64,000 bases of DNA. It comes from Polyangiaceae bacterium (GTDB lineage: Bacteria; Myxococcota_A; Polyangia; Polyangiales; Polyangiaceae). The position numbers and the translations under genes were made by a program. A model generated the notes under the pieces. That model saw only the letters and a list, made by a program, of their open reading frames with translations. It was not told the DNA's origin and ran no database searches. Shown piece after piece: positions 48,341 through 59,496 of the stretch. The DNA lies in contig JBNKBE010000010.1 of NCBI GenBank assembly GCA_050287085.1, positions 64,001 through 128,000 of the forward strand, in the 5' to 3' direction. Each line of letters starts with the position of its first letter. Positions within the stretch are counted from its first letter, which is position 1.

Positions 48341-48443
48341 CAGTACCTGCGGTCAGCCATGATGCGGCTGAAATTCGGCCGAGTGAGCTAGCCTGGCTCG
48401 TTGGGGGGTCTGCTTGACGGCAAGTGGGCCACAGGGCTGGGTC

Positions 48444-49094
48444 CTAGTTGAGCCGTGTTGAATCACCAGCGCTTGTGCTTTGCAGAGCCGCAATGCACCG
48501 ATGTAGTCGGCTGCCCACATCCAGAATCTCGAGTAAGTCCTGGCGATCTTCGGTGTCTGACACCAGGTATTGCGAGCAAAGATCGATGAGGTTGCCAGCG
48601 GGCAGCTGAGTTGGATATTCAAACTCGAAGTCGCTGCGTTGGGTCTTCAGAAATCGGATGCGGGCCCCGATGGCGGCGTGCAGAGCAAGACGTTCCTGTG
48701 GGCTAGGCTCCGCGCCGTAGGAAGCGAGCACACTCAGAGCGCCGCGCCTGAACGGCGGCTGGAAGGCGAGCTCTTTCACGTTGACGCGACAGCGTCCGCG
48801 CAGCAGTACGTGGTAGCGCCCGTCCGCAAGGCGGTTGTGTTCGAAGATCTCGCCCAGGCCCGCAACGCTCGATATGCCAGGGTGGCCATCCGTCGTCTCA
48901 GGGCGTTTGGGCTGCAAGCAGACCATGCAGATCAGTCGATTGGAAGCGAGCGCTGTTTCCGTCATCTCGCGATAGCGCGGTTCAAAGACGTGCAGCGGCA
49001 GCACCGCTCCTGGAAAGAGCGTGACGTCGGGCAAAGGAAAGAGCGGTACTGCGGCCAGTTGCGCGCCGGGAGCGAATGCGAGCGGGGGTGTCAT
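48444..49094 (-). CDS. Lon N-terminal substrate-binding domain protein (no ATPase/protease)
   Basis: VPLFPLPDVTLFPG..LPLHVFEPRYREM, LADGRYHVLLRG, RQDLLE. Confidence 0.9.
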   Translation of the reverse strand: MTPPLAFAPGAQLAAVPLFPLPDVTLFPGAVLPLHVFEPRYREMTETALASNRLICMVCLQPKRPETTDGHPGISSVAGLGEIFEHNRLADGRYHVLLRGRCRVNVKELAFQPPFRRGALSVLASYGAEPSPQERLALHAAIGARIRFLKTQRSDFEFEYPTQLPAGNLIDLCSQYLVSDTEDRQDLLEILDVGSRLHRCIAALQSTSAGDSTRLN

Positions 49095-49211
49095 CGGAGG
49101 GCTATCGTACCCCGCTTGGTATCACGAGACCGTCCCAATTCGTGGCAGCTCGGCCGTCGTCTCGGGTTCTGCTTCAGGCACGGCTACGACAGCCGTTCCA
49201 CACGAAACGTG

Positions 49212-51041
49212 ATGAACAGCGCATTGGCGCTACGGAAAGCTTGGTTTGGGGCCCGCCGAAGCTGTCAGTGGCTCCTCTTGATGGGATTCGCTGGCTGCGC
49301 CCTAGCCCTGCTCGGCGCTTGTGGTAGCGACTCCAGCGGTGCAGCGGTGGGTAAGGTTGCGATCCAGCGTGATGCGGGTCATACGCGGTACCCGAGCGAT
49401 GCGGGGACGCAAGCTCGCTCGGTCTCCGGCGGCTCGGTGACGTCCGTCGTGATCGACGCCGGCGCGAGCAACGCGTGCCCCCAGGGAACGAGCTACGAGG
49501 CCTTCGCAGGACCCTTCTTCGAGGCGCGATGCAACTCTTGTCACTCGGCAGCGTTGGAGGGCGACGCGCGAGTTGGAGCGCCCGTGGGGGTGGACTTCGA
49601 CACGGAACTCGACGTGCTTCGGCAGGCGACAACCGTGTGGAGCGTCGTATTTGAGAGTCAAACCATGCCGATTGGCGCGGCACCTAGCGAATGCGAGTTG
49701 CAGGGGCTCGAAACCTATCTATTGGGCGTCGGAACAGCGGCTTGTGAACCTCAATGCGCCGAGCGCGATTGCGGCAGTGATGGGTGTGGGGGCGTCTGCG
49801 GAACGTGCGGAGATGGCTACAGCTGCGACGCGTTCAGCGGCGCGTGCCAGGCGGCGGCGTGCACTCCGGAGTGCCTGGGTCGGGCGTGTGGTGACGACGG
49901 CTGTGGTGGCTTCTGTGGTTCATGTGGCGACGGGCTTTCATGTTCTGCCCTTGGCCAGTGCCACTGTGAACCGCAATGCGAGGGCGCTAGCTGCGGTGAC
50001 GATGGCTGTGGCGGTTCGTGCGGCTCATGCGCCCCCGGAGAGGCCTGCACCGCGGCGCGGCTGTGTCGGTGCGTGCCGAGCTGTGAGGGTTTGACTTGCG
50101 GTGATGATGGCTGCGGCGGTTCTTGTGGGACCTGCCCATTCGGGCTTTCCTGCACCACCGGAGGGAGTCGCTGCGAGTGCGTGCCTGACTGCAGCGGCAA
50201 GAGCTGTGGCGACGATGGCTGCGGCGGTAGCTGCGGCGGTTGTCCGGGCGCGCTTGTCTGCAGCAGTCGAGAGAGCAAGTGTGTCGCGAGCTGCATCCCC
50301 GATTGTTCTGGACGTGTGTGTGGTGACGATGGCTGCGGAGGCAGCTGCGGGCTGTGTAGCAGCGGCGAGTATTGCGACAGCCGTGGTGTCTGCATGTGCG
50401 AGCCTCAGTGCCTAGGTCGGGCTTGTGGCGATGACGGCTGCGGGAGCACGTGTGGACAGTGTCTCAATGCAACGACGTGTGACGCCGCGGGTCAATGCGC
50501 GTGCGAGCCCAACTGCGGTGGAAAGAGTTGTGGTGATGACGGTTGCGGCGGAACGTGTGGTCAATGCGCGAGCTCAGAAAGTTGCAGTCAGGGCGCGTGT
50601 GTTGCCCTATGCATTCCCAGCTGCATCGACCAGGTGTGCGGGGATGACGGTTGCGGAGGCAGCTGCGGCGCTTGCCCCACAGGAGCCAATTGCGAGGCGG
50701 GTCAATGTGCCTGGCCTCAGTTGAGTTTCGCCGACGACGTGTATCCGTTGCTGGTGGGAGCCGGCTGCGGGGGCAATTGCCATGGCGGGGCGCGTCCCGC
50801 GGAAGGCTTGGACCTCTCTTCCGTGGCAATTGCCTACGCACAGCTGGTCGATCAGCCTTCGGCTCAATGTAGCTCACGATGGCTGGTGCAATCAGGTGTT
50901 CCAGATAGCAGCTACCTGGTGCATAAGGTAACGGGCACGCAGTTATGCTCCGGGAGCAAGATGCCGAAGAGTGGCGTCGGCATAGACGCCCAGGGCCTCG
51001 AGGTGCTCAGAGCTTGGATCGGAAGCGGCGCTGGGCCCTAG
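49212..51041 (+). CDS. Lipoprotein with two cytochrome c-like domains separated by nine Cys-rich repeats
   Basis: Lipobox LGAC; CNSCH...TMP; 9x CG[DS]DGCG[GS]xCGxC; CGGNCH...KMP...LRAWIGSGA. Confidence 0.8.
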   Translation: MNSALALRKAWFGARRSCQWLLLMGFAGCALALLGACGSDSSGAAVGKVAIQRDAGHTRYPSDAGTQARSVSGGSVTSVVIDAGASNACPQGTSYEAFAGPFFEARCNSCHSAALEGDARVGAPVGVDFDTELDVLRQATTVWSVVFESQTMPIGAAPSECELQGLETYLLGVGTAACEPQCAERDCGSDGCGGVCGTCGDGYSCDAFSGACQAAACTPECLGRACGDDGCGGFCGSCGDGLSCSALGQCHCEPQCEGASCGDDGCGGSCGSCAPGEACTAARLCRCVPSCEGLTCGDDGCGGSCGTCPFGLSCTTGGSRCECVPDCSGKSCGDDGCGGSCGGCPGALVCSSRESKCVASCIPDCSGRVCGDDGCGGSCGLCSSGEYCDSRGVCMCEPQCLGRACGDDGCGSTCGQCLNATTCDAAGQCACEPNCGGKSCGDDGCGGTCGQCASSESCSQGACVALCIPSCIDQVCGDDGCGGSCGACPTGANCEAGQCAWPQLSFADDVYPLLVGAGCGGNCHGGARPAEGLDLSSVAIAYAQLVDQPSAQCSSRWLVQSGVPDSSYLVHKVTGTQLCSGSKMPKSGVGIDAQGLEVLRAWIGSGAGP

Positions 51042-51456
51042 TCGCTTCTCCATGCTGGGCGGACATCGGAAGCGGGCGACGGAACTATCTCCTCACCGAG
51101 GTGCAAGCCGACGTGCGGCGGCGACCTTGCGCGATCTGTTCCCAATAGCTGCGCGCGCGGTGCTCTCTTTGTTCGGCCGCGCTACTCGAGGTTCGCCTGA
51201 GGGCGGCGTTCTGAGCTGTCTCGCCCGCCAATGATGATGCGGACGCCTTCGCCGACGTTGTCTTGCGGCGGCAGCTCTTTGAGCTCATGGAGCTACGCGC
51301 GGAGTCTTCGATGAAAGATCTCCGCGCGAGCCTTGGTCCGTCGACTAGCGACGATCACGCTAGAGCGTGGTTGAACTCCGCTTGCGCCAGAAGGCACCCG
51401 GAGGGTGGACGGGTCCGCGGCAGCTTATACTGCTGGGGACCCGGACGGTTAGCGGC

Positions 51457-51831
51457 TCACCAGCGCTCGTTGCGATCGCCGCGACGGCTCTTGCCCTTGC
51501 TCGGGCGATCGCCACCACCACCACCGCCACCGCGGGGACCGCCGAAGCCGCCTCCACCGCCGCCGCCCCCGCCGCTGCGCGGTGCGCGCTCGGTGGCTTC
51601 GTTTACGCGTACGGTACGACCGTCGAGGGGTTGCCCGTCGAGTGCGGTCATCGCTGTCGTGGCGGCGTCGCGATCACGAAAGGTGACGAAGCCGAACCCG
51701 CGGGAACGACCTGTGTCACGATCGGTGATCACAATGGCTTCTTCCAACTCGCCGAACTGCTCAAAGCCCTGTCGTAGGCTGTCGTTGTCGGTCGTGAAGC
51801 TCAGGCCGCCGACGAATAGTTTCATGGACAT
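51457..51831 (-). CDS. RRM RNA-binding protein with Gly-rich tail
   Basis: KLFVGGL (RNP2), RGFGFVTF (RNP1), VRVNEA, poly-Gly tail. Confidence 0.95.
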   Translation of the reverse strand: MSMKLFVGGLSFTTDNDSLRQGFEQFGELEEAIVITDRDTGRSRGFGFVTFRDRDAATTAMTALDGQPLDGRTVRVNEATERAPRSGGGGGGGGGFGGPRGGGGGGGDRPSKGKSRRGDRNERW

Positions 51832-52096
51832 ACTCTTATCTCGTTTCTCTTCTCATGGACGCTTGCCCTCACACCACCTGCAGGTCGGCACGCGACCTAG
51901 TAGCTCCTGGGCGCTGCTTGGGCGACATGCCCAAGAGCCCACAAGCTCAGTGGCCCTCGACAGCGGACAGCGCTACGCGCCCGTTCGCCCCCCGGCTCCG
52001 CAGCACTCGGGGTCCGAATGCTTTGGGATGTGAGACGCCTTGCTGGAGGAATACCGATTCCGCCCTCAAGACGTTGGCAAGAGGCGTGCACCATGA

Positions 52097-53416
<1,320 letters not shown>

Positions 53417-53431
53417 CACGCAGCACCACCA

Positions 53432-54265
53432 ATGCAGGACGTTACAAATCAGTTGAGTTTTGGCGGTCGCCAGCGGGTGCTAGAGCATGTGTCTTCCGTG
53501 CTTGGATGCAGCATGCGCTTTGCCGTCTACGAGCCCCCTGCGGCGCAGGGCGCAGCTTGTCCGGTGGTGCTCTTCTTGAGTGGACTGACTTGCACCGAGC
53601 AAAACGTCATCACCAAAGGCGGTGCTCAGAGGGCATGCGCTGAGCTAGGGCTCACTTTTGTCTGCCCGGATACCAGTCCGCGGGGCGCGCACGTTCCCGA
53701 TGACGTTTCCGATGACTTGGGGCAGGGGGCGGGGTTCTATCTCGATGCAGAGGTGGACCCGTGGGCGAAGCACTACAAGATGGAGAGCTACCTGATGCGG
53801 GAGCTTCTACCCCTGCTTGCGGAGCTGCCGAGCTGCGGGTCGAAAGTCAGCATCATGGGACATTCCATGGGCGGCCATGGTGCCTTGACCCTTGGACTCC
53901 GGCACGCTCAGCGCTTTGAGAGTATTTCGGCGCTGGCGCCGATCTGTGCGCCCACGCGGTGTCCCTGGGGTCGAAAGGCTTTCGCTGCGTACCTCGGAGC
54001 GTCTGAGCCACGTTGGGCGGAGCATGACGCTTGTGAGCTCATTCGAAGGGGCGTCGGGGCCGAGCTACCGCTGCTCATCGACCACGGCAGCGCGGACCCA
54101 TTTCTGGAAACTGAGCTCAAGCCGGAACTGCTCAGCGCCGCATGCAAAGACGCGGGCCGCGAAGGGACCCTGCGCCTTCAGGTTGGCTACGACCACAGCT
54201 ATTACTTCATCGCGTCCTTCATGGCCGAACATCTCGCTTTTCACGCCCGTCACCTAGCGGGCTGA
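53432..54265 (+). CDS. fghA: S-formylglutathione hydrolase
   Basis: LSGLTCTEQN, PDTSPRG, GHSMGGHGAL, GYDHSYYF; follows frmA. Confidence 0.95.
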   Translation: MQDVTNQLSFGGRQRVLEHVSSVLGCSMRFAVYEPPAAQGAACPVVLFLSGLTCTEQNVITKGGAQRACAELGLTFVCPDTSPRGAHVPDDVSDDLGQGAGFYLDAEVDPWAKHYKMESYLMRELLPLLAELPSCGSKVSIMGHSMGGHGALTLGLRHAQRFESISALAPICAPTRCPWGRKAFAAYLGASEPRWAEHDACELIRRGVGAELPLLIDHGSADPFLETELKPELLSAACKDAGREGTLRLQVGYDHSYYFIASFMAEHLAFHARHLAG

Positions 54266-54321
54266 GGCAGCGAGCGGCTCGTCTTCCCTAGGCCCCCGAC
54301 GGACCTCCCATCCGCGGGCCC

Positions 54322-54993
54322 CTAGAGGAAAGCTACGATGCCGAAGTGGAGTCCGAGGTCCAAGGCGGAGTAATCACCGTCCGCGTCGGTCCCGTTTTGC
54401 TCCACGGAGTAGCTCAGGCCCCAGTCGAGTGTGGGGGACAACGTGAAGCCCACGCCGCCGTGGGGCATGAACAGCAGGGGGACTTCGAGCGATAGCGCGA
54501 TTTCACTGGCAGACAAAACTGCGTCGCCATTGGGCGCGTCTACGCCGACGTGAGCATAGGTGAACCCACCCCGTGGCCAGAGAGACAGCTTGTCGCTGAG
54601 CGAAAGGACGTATCCGACCCGAGGCGCCAGCACAAACGACGTCGCGCTGGGGCTCTCAGTGTTGATCGTTATCCCTGCGGCCTTGGTCTCCGTGTCTCCC
54701 CCGGACGTGGATACCCCGATCGCTCCGCCTAAGGAAAGCTGGTTGTCCATTATGTAGTCGATGCCCACGCGCCCTAGGCCCATGACGCCCGACTGACTGG
54801 CGAGACCAAGACCGAAGTTTGTTGTGGTGTTCGTGGTGGAGGAGTCGTTTGGGCCTTCAGCTGTTACGCTGGCGCTGGAGAGTCCAAAAGCTCGCTCAAA
54901 ACCCACGGCCAGGCCCTCATCGGCAGAAGCGACGGGGGCGACGACAGCGTACGAGATTGCTAGCAGCAGGGCACAGCGGGAGCTCAAAGTCAT
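54322..54993 (-). CDS. Small outer-membrane beta-barrel protein
   Basis: Signal peptide ending ASA, amphipathic strands (LAPRVGY, WPRGGFTY), C-terminal FL. Confidence 0.75.
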   Translation of the reverse strand: MTLSSRCALLLAISYAVVAPVASADEGLAVGFERAFGLSSASVTAEGPNDSSTTNTTTNFGLGLASQSGVMGLGRVGIDYIMDNQLSLGGAIGVSTSGGDTETKAAGITINTESPSATSFVLAPRVGYVLSLSDKLSLWPRGGFTYAHVGVDAPNGDAVLSASEIALSLEVPLLFMPHGGVGFTLSPTLDWGLSYSVEQNGTDADGDYSALDLGLHFGIVAFL

Positions 54994-55207
54994 GGTATTC
55001 CTTCTTTCTTGCGGGCGGGTCAGCGAATGACAGGCCGCGTGGGTGCAGATTACCGGAGCTGGCGGGCGCGGTACAACTGTTCCGCAATTCTGGGGCTCGG
55101 TAAGCGGCGCCCAGCTGCGCTGGTTCTGGTCGCCAAAACCGCAGCGCCGGGCCGGGCTCGTGAAAGCTCGGCCCGGCGCTGCCGGTCGAGGGTGGCTACC
55201 TCTGGCC

Positions 55208-56872
55208 CTAGGGCAGGCTTGAAAACTCGAAGGGGATGACCGTCAGGCCGAAGGGATTGAGCCCGACCGTGACGCTGCTGTCCAAAGTTGGAATGCCGGT
55301 GATTGGATCGACGTTGTAGATGCTCACCTTGTCGGCAGCCCCGCCCGAGTGGGTCACGAAGAGGCGTTCCGCGCTAGCGTCCAGCGTGACGTTATGAGGC
55401 ACAGGAAATGGTGTGTCGGTGGCGGCGACCACCATCTGGGTGGCTGCGTCGATAGTGACGAGTCCGCCCACACCGCCGGCGGCAATATTGGTCGTATAGA
55501 CGAACTGGCTTTCGTACTCGGTGTTCATCGCTGCCCCGTGCGAGTTGGGAATGCTGAGGGGCGTCAGCAGATCGGCCAAGGTCAGGCGATCAACGATGTA
55601 GCCGAGACCTGCGTTCTGCGAGAAGATGTACATGCTATCCGGCTGATAGCGCCGCAGGCTCAAGTGCGGATCCCCTCCTAGGTAGCGACGAGCTTGTTCG
55701 TCGAAGGTCCGCGTAGAGAATCTCGAAACGACGCCGTCGGGCAGCGGACCGACGAACGAGACGTAAGCGGAGTCGTCGAGGCGGCTGAGCGTTACATCGT
55801 GAGGCCGATAGCCCGCGCTCTTGACGTCGGCCGGCATCGGAATGGTATGCGATACGACAAGCTGCCGAGTATCGATGACGGAGACGGTATTGTCGATGTC
55901 GTTGGTTACCCAAAGCTGGCCCTCGGTGCGATCGATCCAGCAATGGAAGACGCCGCTGCCCAGCGGTACGTTGGTAACATGGTTGAAGGTCTCCGCCTCG
56001 AATACGACAGCTGCACTGTTGGCGCGGTCGGCCACGAAGAGCCAACGATTTTGGGGAGAGTAGGCTAGATACATGGGCTCGCCGTTGTTGGGCATCGGGA
56101 TCGAGCCTTTGACTACGCCGGTGGCGATGTCGATGACGCTCAGGCTGTGGCCTGCTCGATCAGCGACGACGATCGAGCCTTTGCCGTAGCTCGTATCCTC
56201 GCACTGGGTTTCGCTCCCTTGGCTCTCATTGCACAAATCCGCGCCAGAACCGCCATCCAAGGTATCTGGACCACCGCCACCGACAAGTTCGTCGTTGTCG
56301 GCGCCTCCCAACAACGAGTCCGGACCTTCGATGCCATCGAGGTAGTCCTCGCCCTTGCCGCCGTCGAGTGTATCCGGCCCGTTGCCGCCGAAGAGCGCGT
56401 CGTTGCCATCTTCGCCGAATAAGGTGTCTGCCCCATCGCCTCCATTGAGGATATCGACTCCGCTTCCGCCGTAGAGGGTGTCCTTGCCGTCCTCGCCGTT
56501 GAGCAGGTCGTTTCCGTCTCCGCCGTAGAGGGTGTCTTTGCCTCCACCGCCATCGACGAGGTCGTCTCCTTCGAGGGCATATACGATATCGTGGCCGTCG
56601 CCGGCGTGAATCTCGTCATTGCCGCTCGTTCCGATGATGCACTCGGCGGCGCTCGTACCAAAGAAGGGAACGCCAGGGGTTACATTTACCACGGGTAGCT
56701 TAGCGCAGTCGAAAGCGGCTACGGCAGCCCCCCTTATGGCGGTGTCGAAAGCTGGCTCCATGTTGGCGGACTGGGCTTCGTCGTCGGAGCAGGCGATGAG
56801 TGTACCTGTCGCCAGCAGCAATAGGTTGGTGCGAGCTGAGAGGGTGCGTCTTCGATATGTTGTCTTGTGCAT
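55208..56872 (-). CDS. Lipoprotein with RTX Ca-binding repeats and YVTN-type beta-propeller
   Basis: Lipobox LIAC; many GGxGxDxLx nonapeptides; LWVTNDIDNTVSVID, VYTTN, LFVTH blades. Confidence 0.88.
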   Translation of the reverse strand: MHKTTYRRRTLSARTNLLLLATGTLIACSDDEAQSANMEPAFDTAIRGAAVAAFDCAKLPVVNVTPGVPFFGTSAAECIIGTSGNDEIHAGDGHDIVYALEGDDLVDGGGGKDTLYGGDGNDLLNGEDGKDTLYGGSGVDILNGGDGADTLFGEDGNDALFGGNGPDTLDGGKGEDYLDGIEGPDSLLGGADNDELVGGGGPDTLDGGSGADLCNESQGSETQCEDTSYGKGSIVVADRAGHSLSVIDIATGVVKGSIPMPNNGEPMYLAYSPQNRWLFVADRANSAAVVFEAETFNHVTNVPLGSGVFHCWIDRTEGQLWVTNDIDNTVSVIDTRQLVVSHTIPMPADVKSAGYRPHDVTLSRLDDSAYVSFVGPLPDGVVSRFSTRTFDEQARRYLGGDPHLSLRRYQPDSMYIFSQNAGLGYIVDRLTLADLLTPLSIPNSHGAAMNTEYESQFVYTTNIAAGGVGGLVTIDAATQMVVAATDTPFPVPHNVTLDASAERLFVTHSGGAADKVSIYNVDPITGIPTLDSSVTVGLNPFGLTVIPFEFSSLP

Positions 56873-57186
56873 AATACTCCCTATCTAGGGCAAGGGCCTG
56901 CGCTGAGCGCCCGCGCGCTCTCACGTTTCCGTGCTCCCAGACCTTTCGGCTGGTAAGGTTGGTTGAAGCGAATCGCAATCCGGCGTCTTTGGCGTAGGGC
57001 AGGACGGGTTCTAGTTGGTTGTTTGATTCGTGTGTCAGTTATAGGAGAGCAGGTAGCTCCCACGACGTAGTTGGGTTGAGCCGACAGAGCTCCAAAACGA
57101 GAACGGGTGGGGATGCCGACTGAAGGTCGAGCGAGTTGCACCCACGCGTCCCGTAGAACGCGTGAGTGGTGTGCCCTTGCTGCGTG

Positions 57187-59046
57187 TTAGGGGGCGCTTT
57201 CGTTACGAAGCGGCAACGCTTCGTCGAATGCGCTAAGACTGCTTGTCGCGAAATTCTTCACGCTCACGCTCGTCGTGGATGCTCCAATCTGGATGCCGAC
57301 AGCGTCCGGCTCGTCGTTGGGACCACCATTGGCGGCGAACGAAAGCCCAGCTTCCAGGTTTTGGGCGGTGCAGTGTTTGAGGTCCACCTCGCTAGAGTCG
57401 GTGAGTACGTCAAAGCCGATGACGGAACCGAAGCTGGCACTCAGTCCGGATGCGGTACCCTTCATGATGCTGACGTCCGTTGAGCCGGCGACGGAATAGC
57501 CCCGCACCTTCGCGCCACCGTAGCCGGCCAGTGTGGCTTGGGGGTGTGAAGTGACGTAGTTCCCACAGTCATCGCTCCCCTGAGCGCCGTGGTTGACAAG
57601 GTCCACTACGCTGGTGTTCTGAAGCCGCACGTGAGCGGCGCCGTCGAGCTTGAAGCCAATGAGTCCCTTGTTGACGTGGAACATCGTGTCGCCGTTGCAC
57701 AGGTAGTCGTCCGGGGTCCCGACCAGGGTATCCAGCGTTGTTTCGTTCTCGATCCAATCGAGTACGTCCTGAGAGATCGACAGTCGGCTGGTGTCGAGGA
57801 AAGAAGGGAACTCGCCGTTGAGAGCTGCTTTGGCGACCAGGGCTTGTGCGTTTGCCAACACGTTGCCCGTGTAAACGGCGAGAGACTCGTCGAGGCTCGT
57901 CGTGGTAACGGGGACCCCGGAATCCGGATGAACGTTTCGCACCATGAACACCGCGCCAACCGGATCGATGACGGGGCCGTTGCCGCTATTGAGCGCCACT
58001 ATCTCGCGGACATTGGCGTGTTGACTCAGTACGTGAACATTGAGGAAGGTAATGTTCTCCGCCGGCGTGGCTCCCTGGTACGGAAAGCCTCCAACGGCAA
58101 CACCAAGAGGATTGACCAGGTATCCGTAGGAATTGCCGTCGACAACACCGTACGCATTGTGAAATAGCGCGTATTCCGCGGGATGCTCGGTTTCGTTGAT
58201 GAAGCCTTCACCATCTGCAATCACGTCTTCGAAGACATTGTTCGCGGCGGTGCGGAGCGCCGCTTGTATGTCGGCAGCGTTCAGCGCTGTGCCCTGGACA
58301 GTCAGAGTTGTCGGTGAACCGACGGCGACTAGATAGTCTACGTAGGACGAAATGAAACGGGCGTTGGAGAACGTGCCTAGTACCGGAACGTCGCTCCGGT
58401 TGCTCGCTGTGCTGTTCTCTATGAATAGGTTGCTTGCGCCGTTGAGCGCTACTGCACCGACCTCGAAGTCCACGAAGTCTACGTTGAGTATGACGAGTCC
58501 CTCAGTGCCGTTGCCATGGATGCCATGGTGCGAGCTTCGGCCAATAGTGCCATTCTTGATGACGAGGTCGTGCGCCGGTGTTAGCTGGCCGCCGAAGTCC
58601 GAAGGACCTTGCCCTGGTACGAAGGGCTGGTCTGCAGTTTCGATGACAGCAAAGAAGCGCTGGTGGAGGGCGTGTTCGGCGCTTTGTTCAATCGTATGAC
58701 CGTTCAAGTCGATGGTGACATCAGCGGCCGACACGGCAATGGCGGCAAAGAACCCGATGCCAAAGGCTGCAGGGTCGTAGAGACCGGCCTCCGTGCTGCC
58801 GTATTGCGACGGAAAGGGGCGCCCGGCGCTATACGCGTCGAGGGGTGTCCCGTTGGGACCGGGCGAACCCACCGGGTGAGGGTTGAAAGATATGTCCTCG
58901 GCAAGTCGGTACAGACCGGGCTGGGTGATCTGTAGGGTTCCGTTCTCGAAGTCGGACTGGTGCAGCATGACGGGCGCCGCCTGGGCGGCTGTTGCTTGAA
59001 GCGCAAACGCACCGGCAGATGCGGTGAATGTCTTGTAGTATTTCAC
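57187..59046 (-). CDS. Secreted right-handed beta-helix protein of unknown function
   Basis: GTG start with GGAAGG RBS; signal ending AQA; ITQPGLYRLAEDI, VTIDLNGHTI, VIKNGTI beta-helix motifs. Confidence 0.75.
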   Translation of the reverse strand: MKYYKTFTASAGAFALQATAAQAAPVMLHQSDFENGTLQITQPGLYRLAEDISFNPHPVGSPGPNGTPLDAYSAGRPFPSQYGSTEAGLYDPAAFGIGFFAAIAVSAADVTIDLNGHTIEQSAEHALHQRFFAVIETADQPFVPGQGPSDFGGQLTPAHDLVIKNGTIGRSSHHGIHGNGTEGLVILNVDFVDFEVGAVALNGASNLFIENSTASNRSDVPVLGTFSNARFISSYVDYLVAVGSPTTLTVQGTALNAADIQAALRTAANNVFEDVIADGEGFINETEHPAEYALFHNAYGVVDGNSYGYLVNPLGVAVGGFPYQGATPAENITFLNVHVLSQHANVREIVALNSGNGPVIDPVGAVFMVRNVHPDSGVPVTTTSLDESLAVYTGNVLANAQALVAKAALNGEFPSFLDTSRLSISQDVLDWIENETTLDTLVGTPDDYLCNGDTMFHVNKGLIGFKLDGAAHVRLQNTSVVDLVNHGAQGSDDCGNYVTSHPQATLAGYGGAKVRGYSVAGSTDVSIMKGTASGLSASFGSVIGFDVLTDSSEVDLKHCTAQNLEAGLSFAANGGPNDEPDAVGIQIGASTTSVSVKNFATSSLSAFDEALPLRNESAP

Positions 59047-59496
59047 GTCAAACCCCTTCCTTCGCTCTGGCGGCCATGCCGCAGTGGGCCCCAGCTTGGC
59101 GGACCTCCAGGCCCGGGTTGGTGACTCCTACGGTCGTTCTCTGGAGTGCTGCAGGGGGCGAAAAATTGACGCGAATGCGGCTGATCATTTTCGCTTCCAA
59201 CGCGACGTCGAGGCGTCGAATGGGCTTTGCCGCTGGGCCCGGATAGTGTGGCCGTGGGCCGAAACGGCGAAGAGCGGGTGGGCGCGTCGCTGACTCGCCT
59301 TGGGCTGTGCAGACGTGCGTTGACAGGGCGCGTGCTGGAAGCGCGAGGAGTGTGTTCGAGGGGATCTCGAGCTCGCTTCCGATGGGAAAATGCAGCCAGG
59401 GCATCCAGGTTGCTATCGAATGTGGCATCCGGCAGTTCCGTTTTGAGACGCTCCATTGCGTCGCGTCAGAGTTCCCTTCAGCCTTGTGATTGCTGC

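Noticed and set aside
48444..49094. Lon protease as activator of the gasdermin-like protein
   Set aside because: Only the N-terminal substrate-binding domain; no AAA+ or Ser-Lys protease domain, and it is cytosolic
48570..49211. N-terminal 214 aa of the 823-aa ORF
   Set aside because: Antisense to the Lon-N gene; the real signal peptide starts at or after 49212
51263..52033. Pro-rich 256-aa plus-strand ORF
   Set aside because: Antisense reading of the Gly-rich RRM gene
52075..52090. Sigma54 promoter TGGCAAGAGGCGTGCA upstream of frmA
   Set aside because: GG-N10-GC spacing is right but the match is imperfect, and a sigma70-type promoter sits directly at the frmA start
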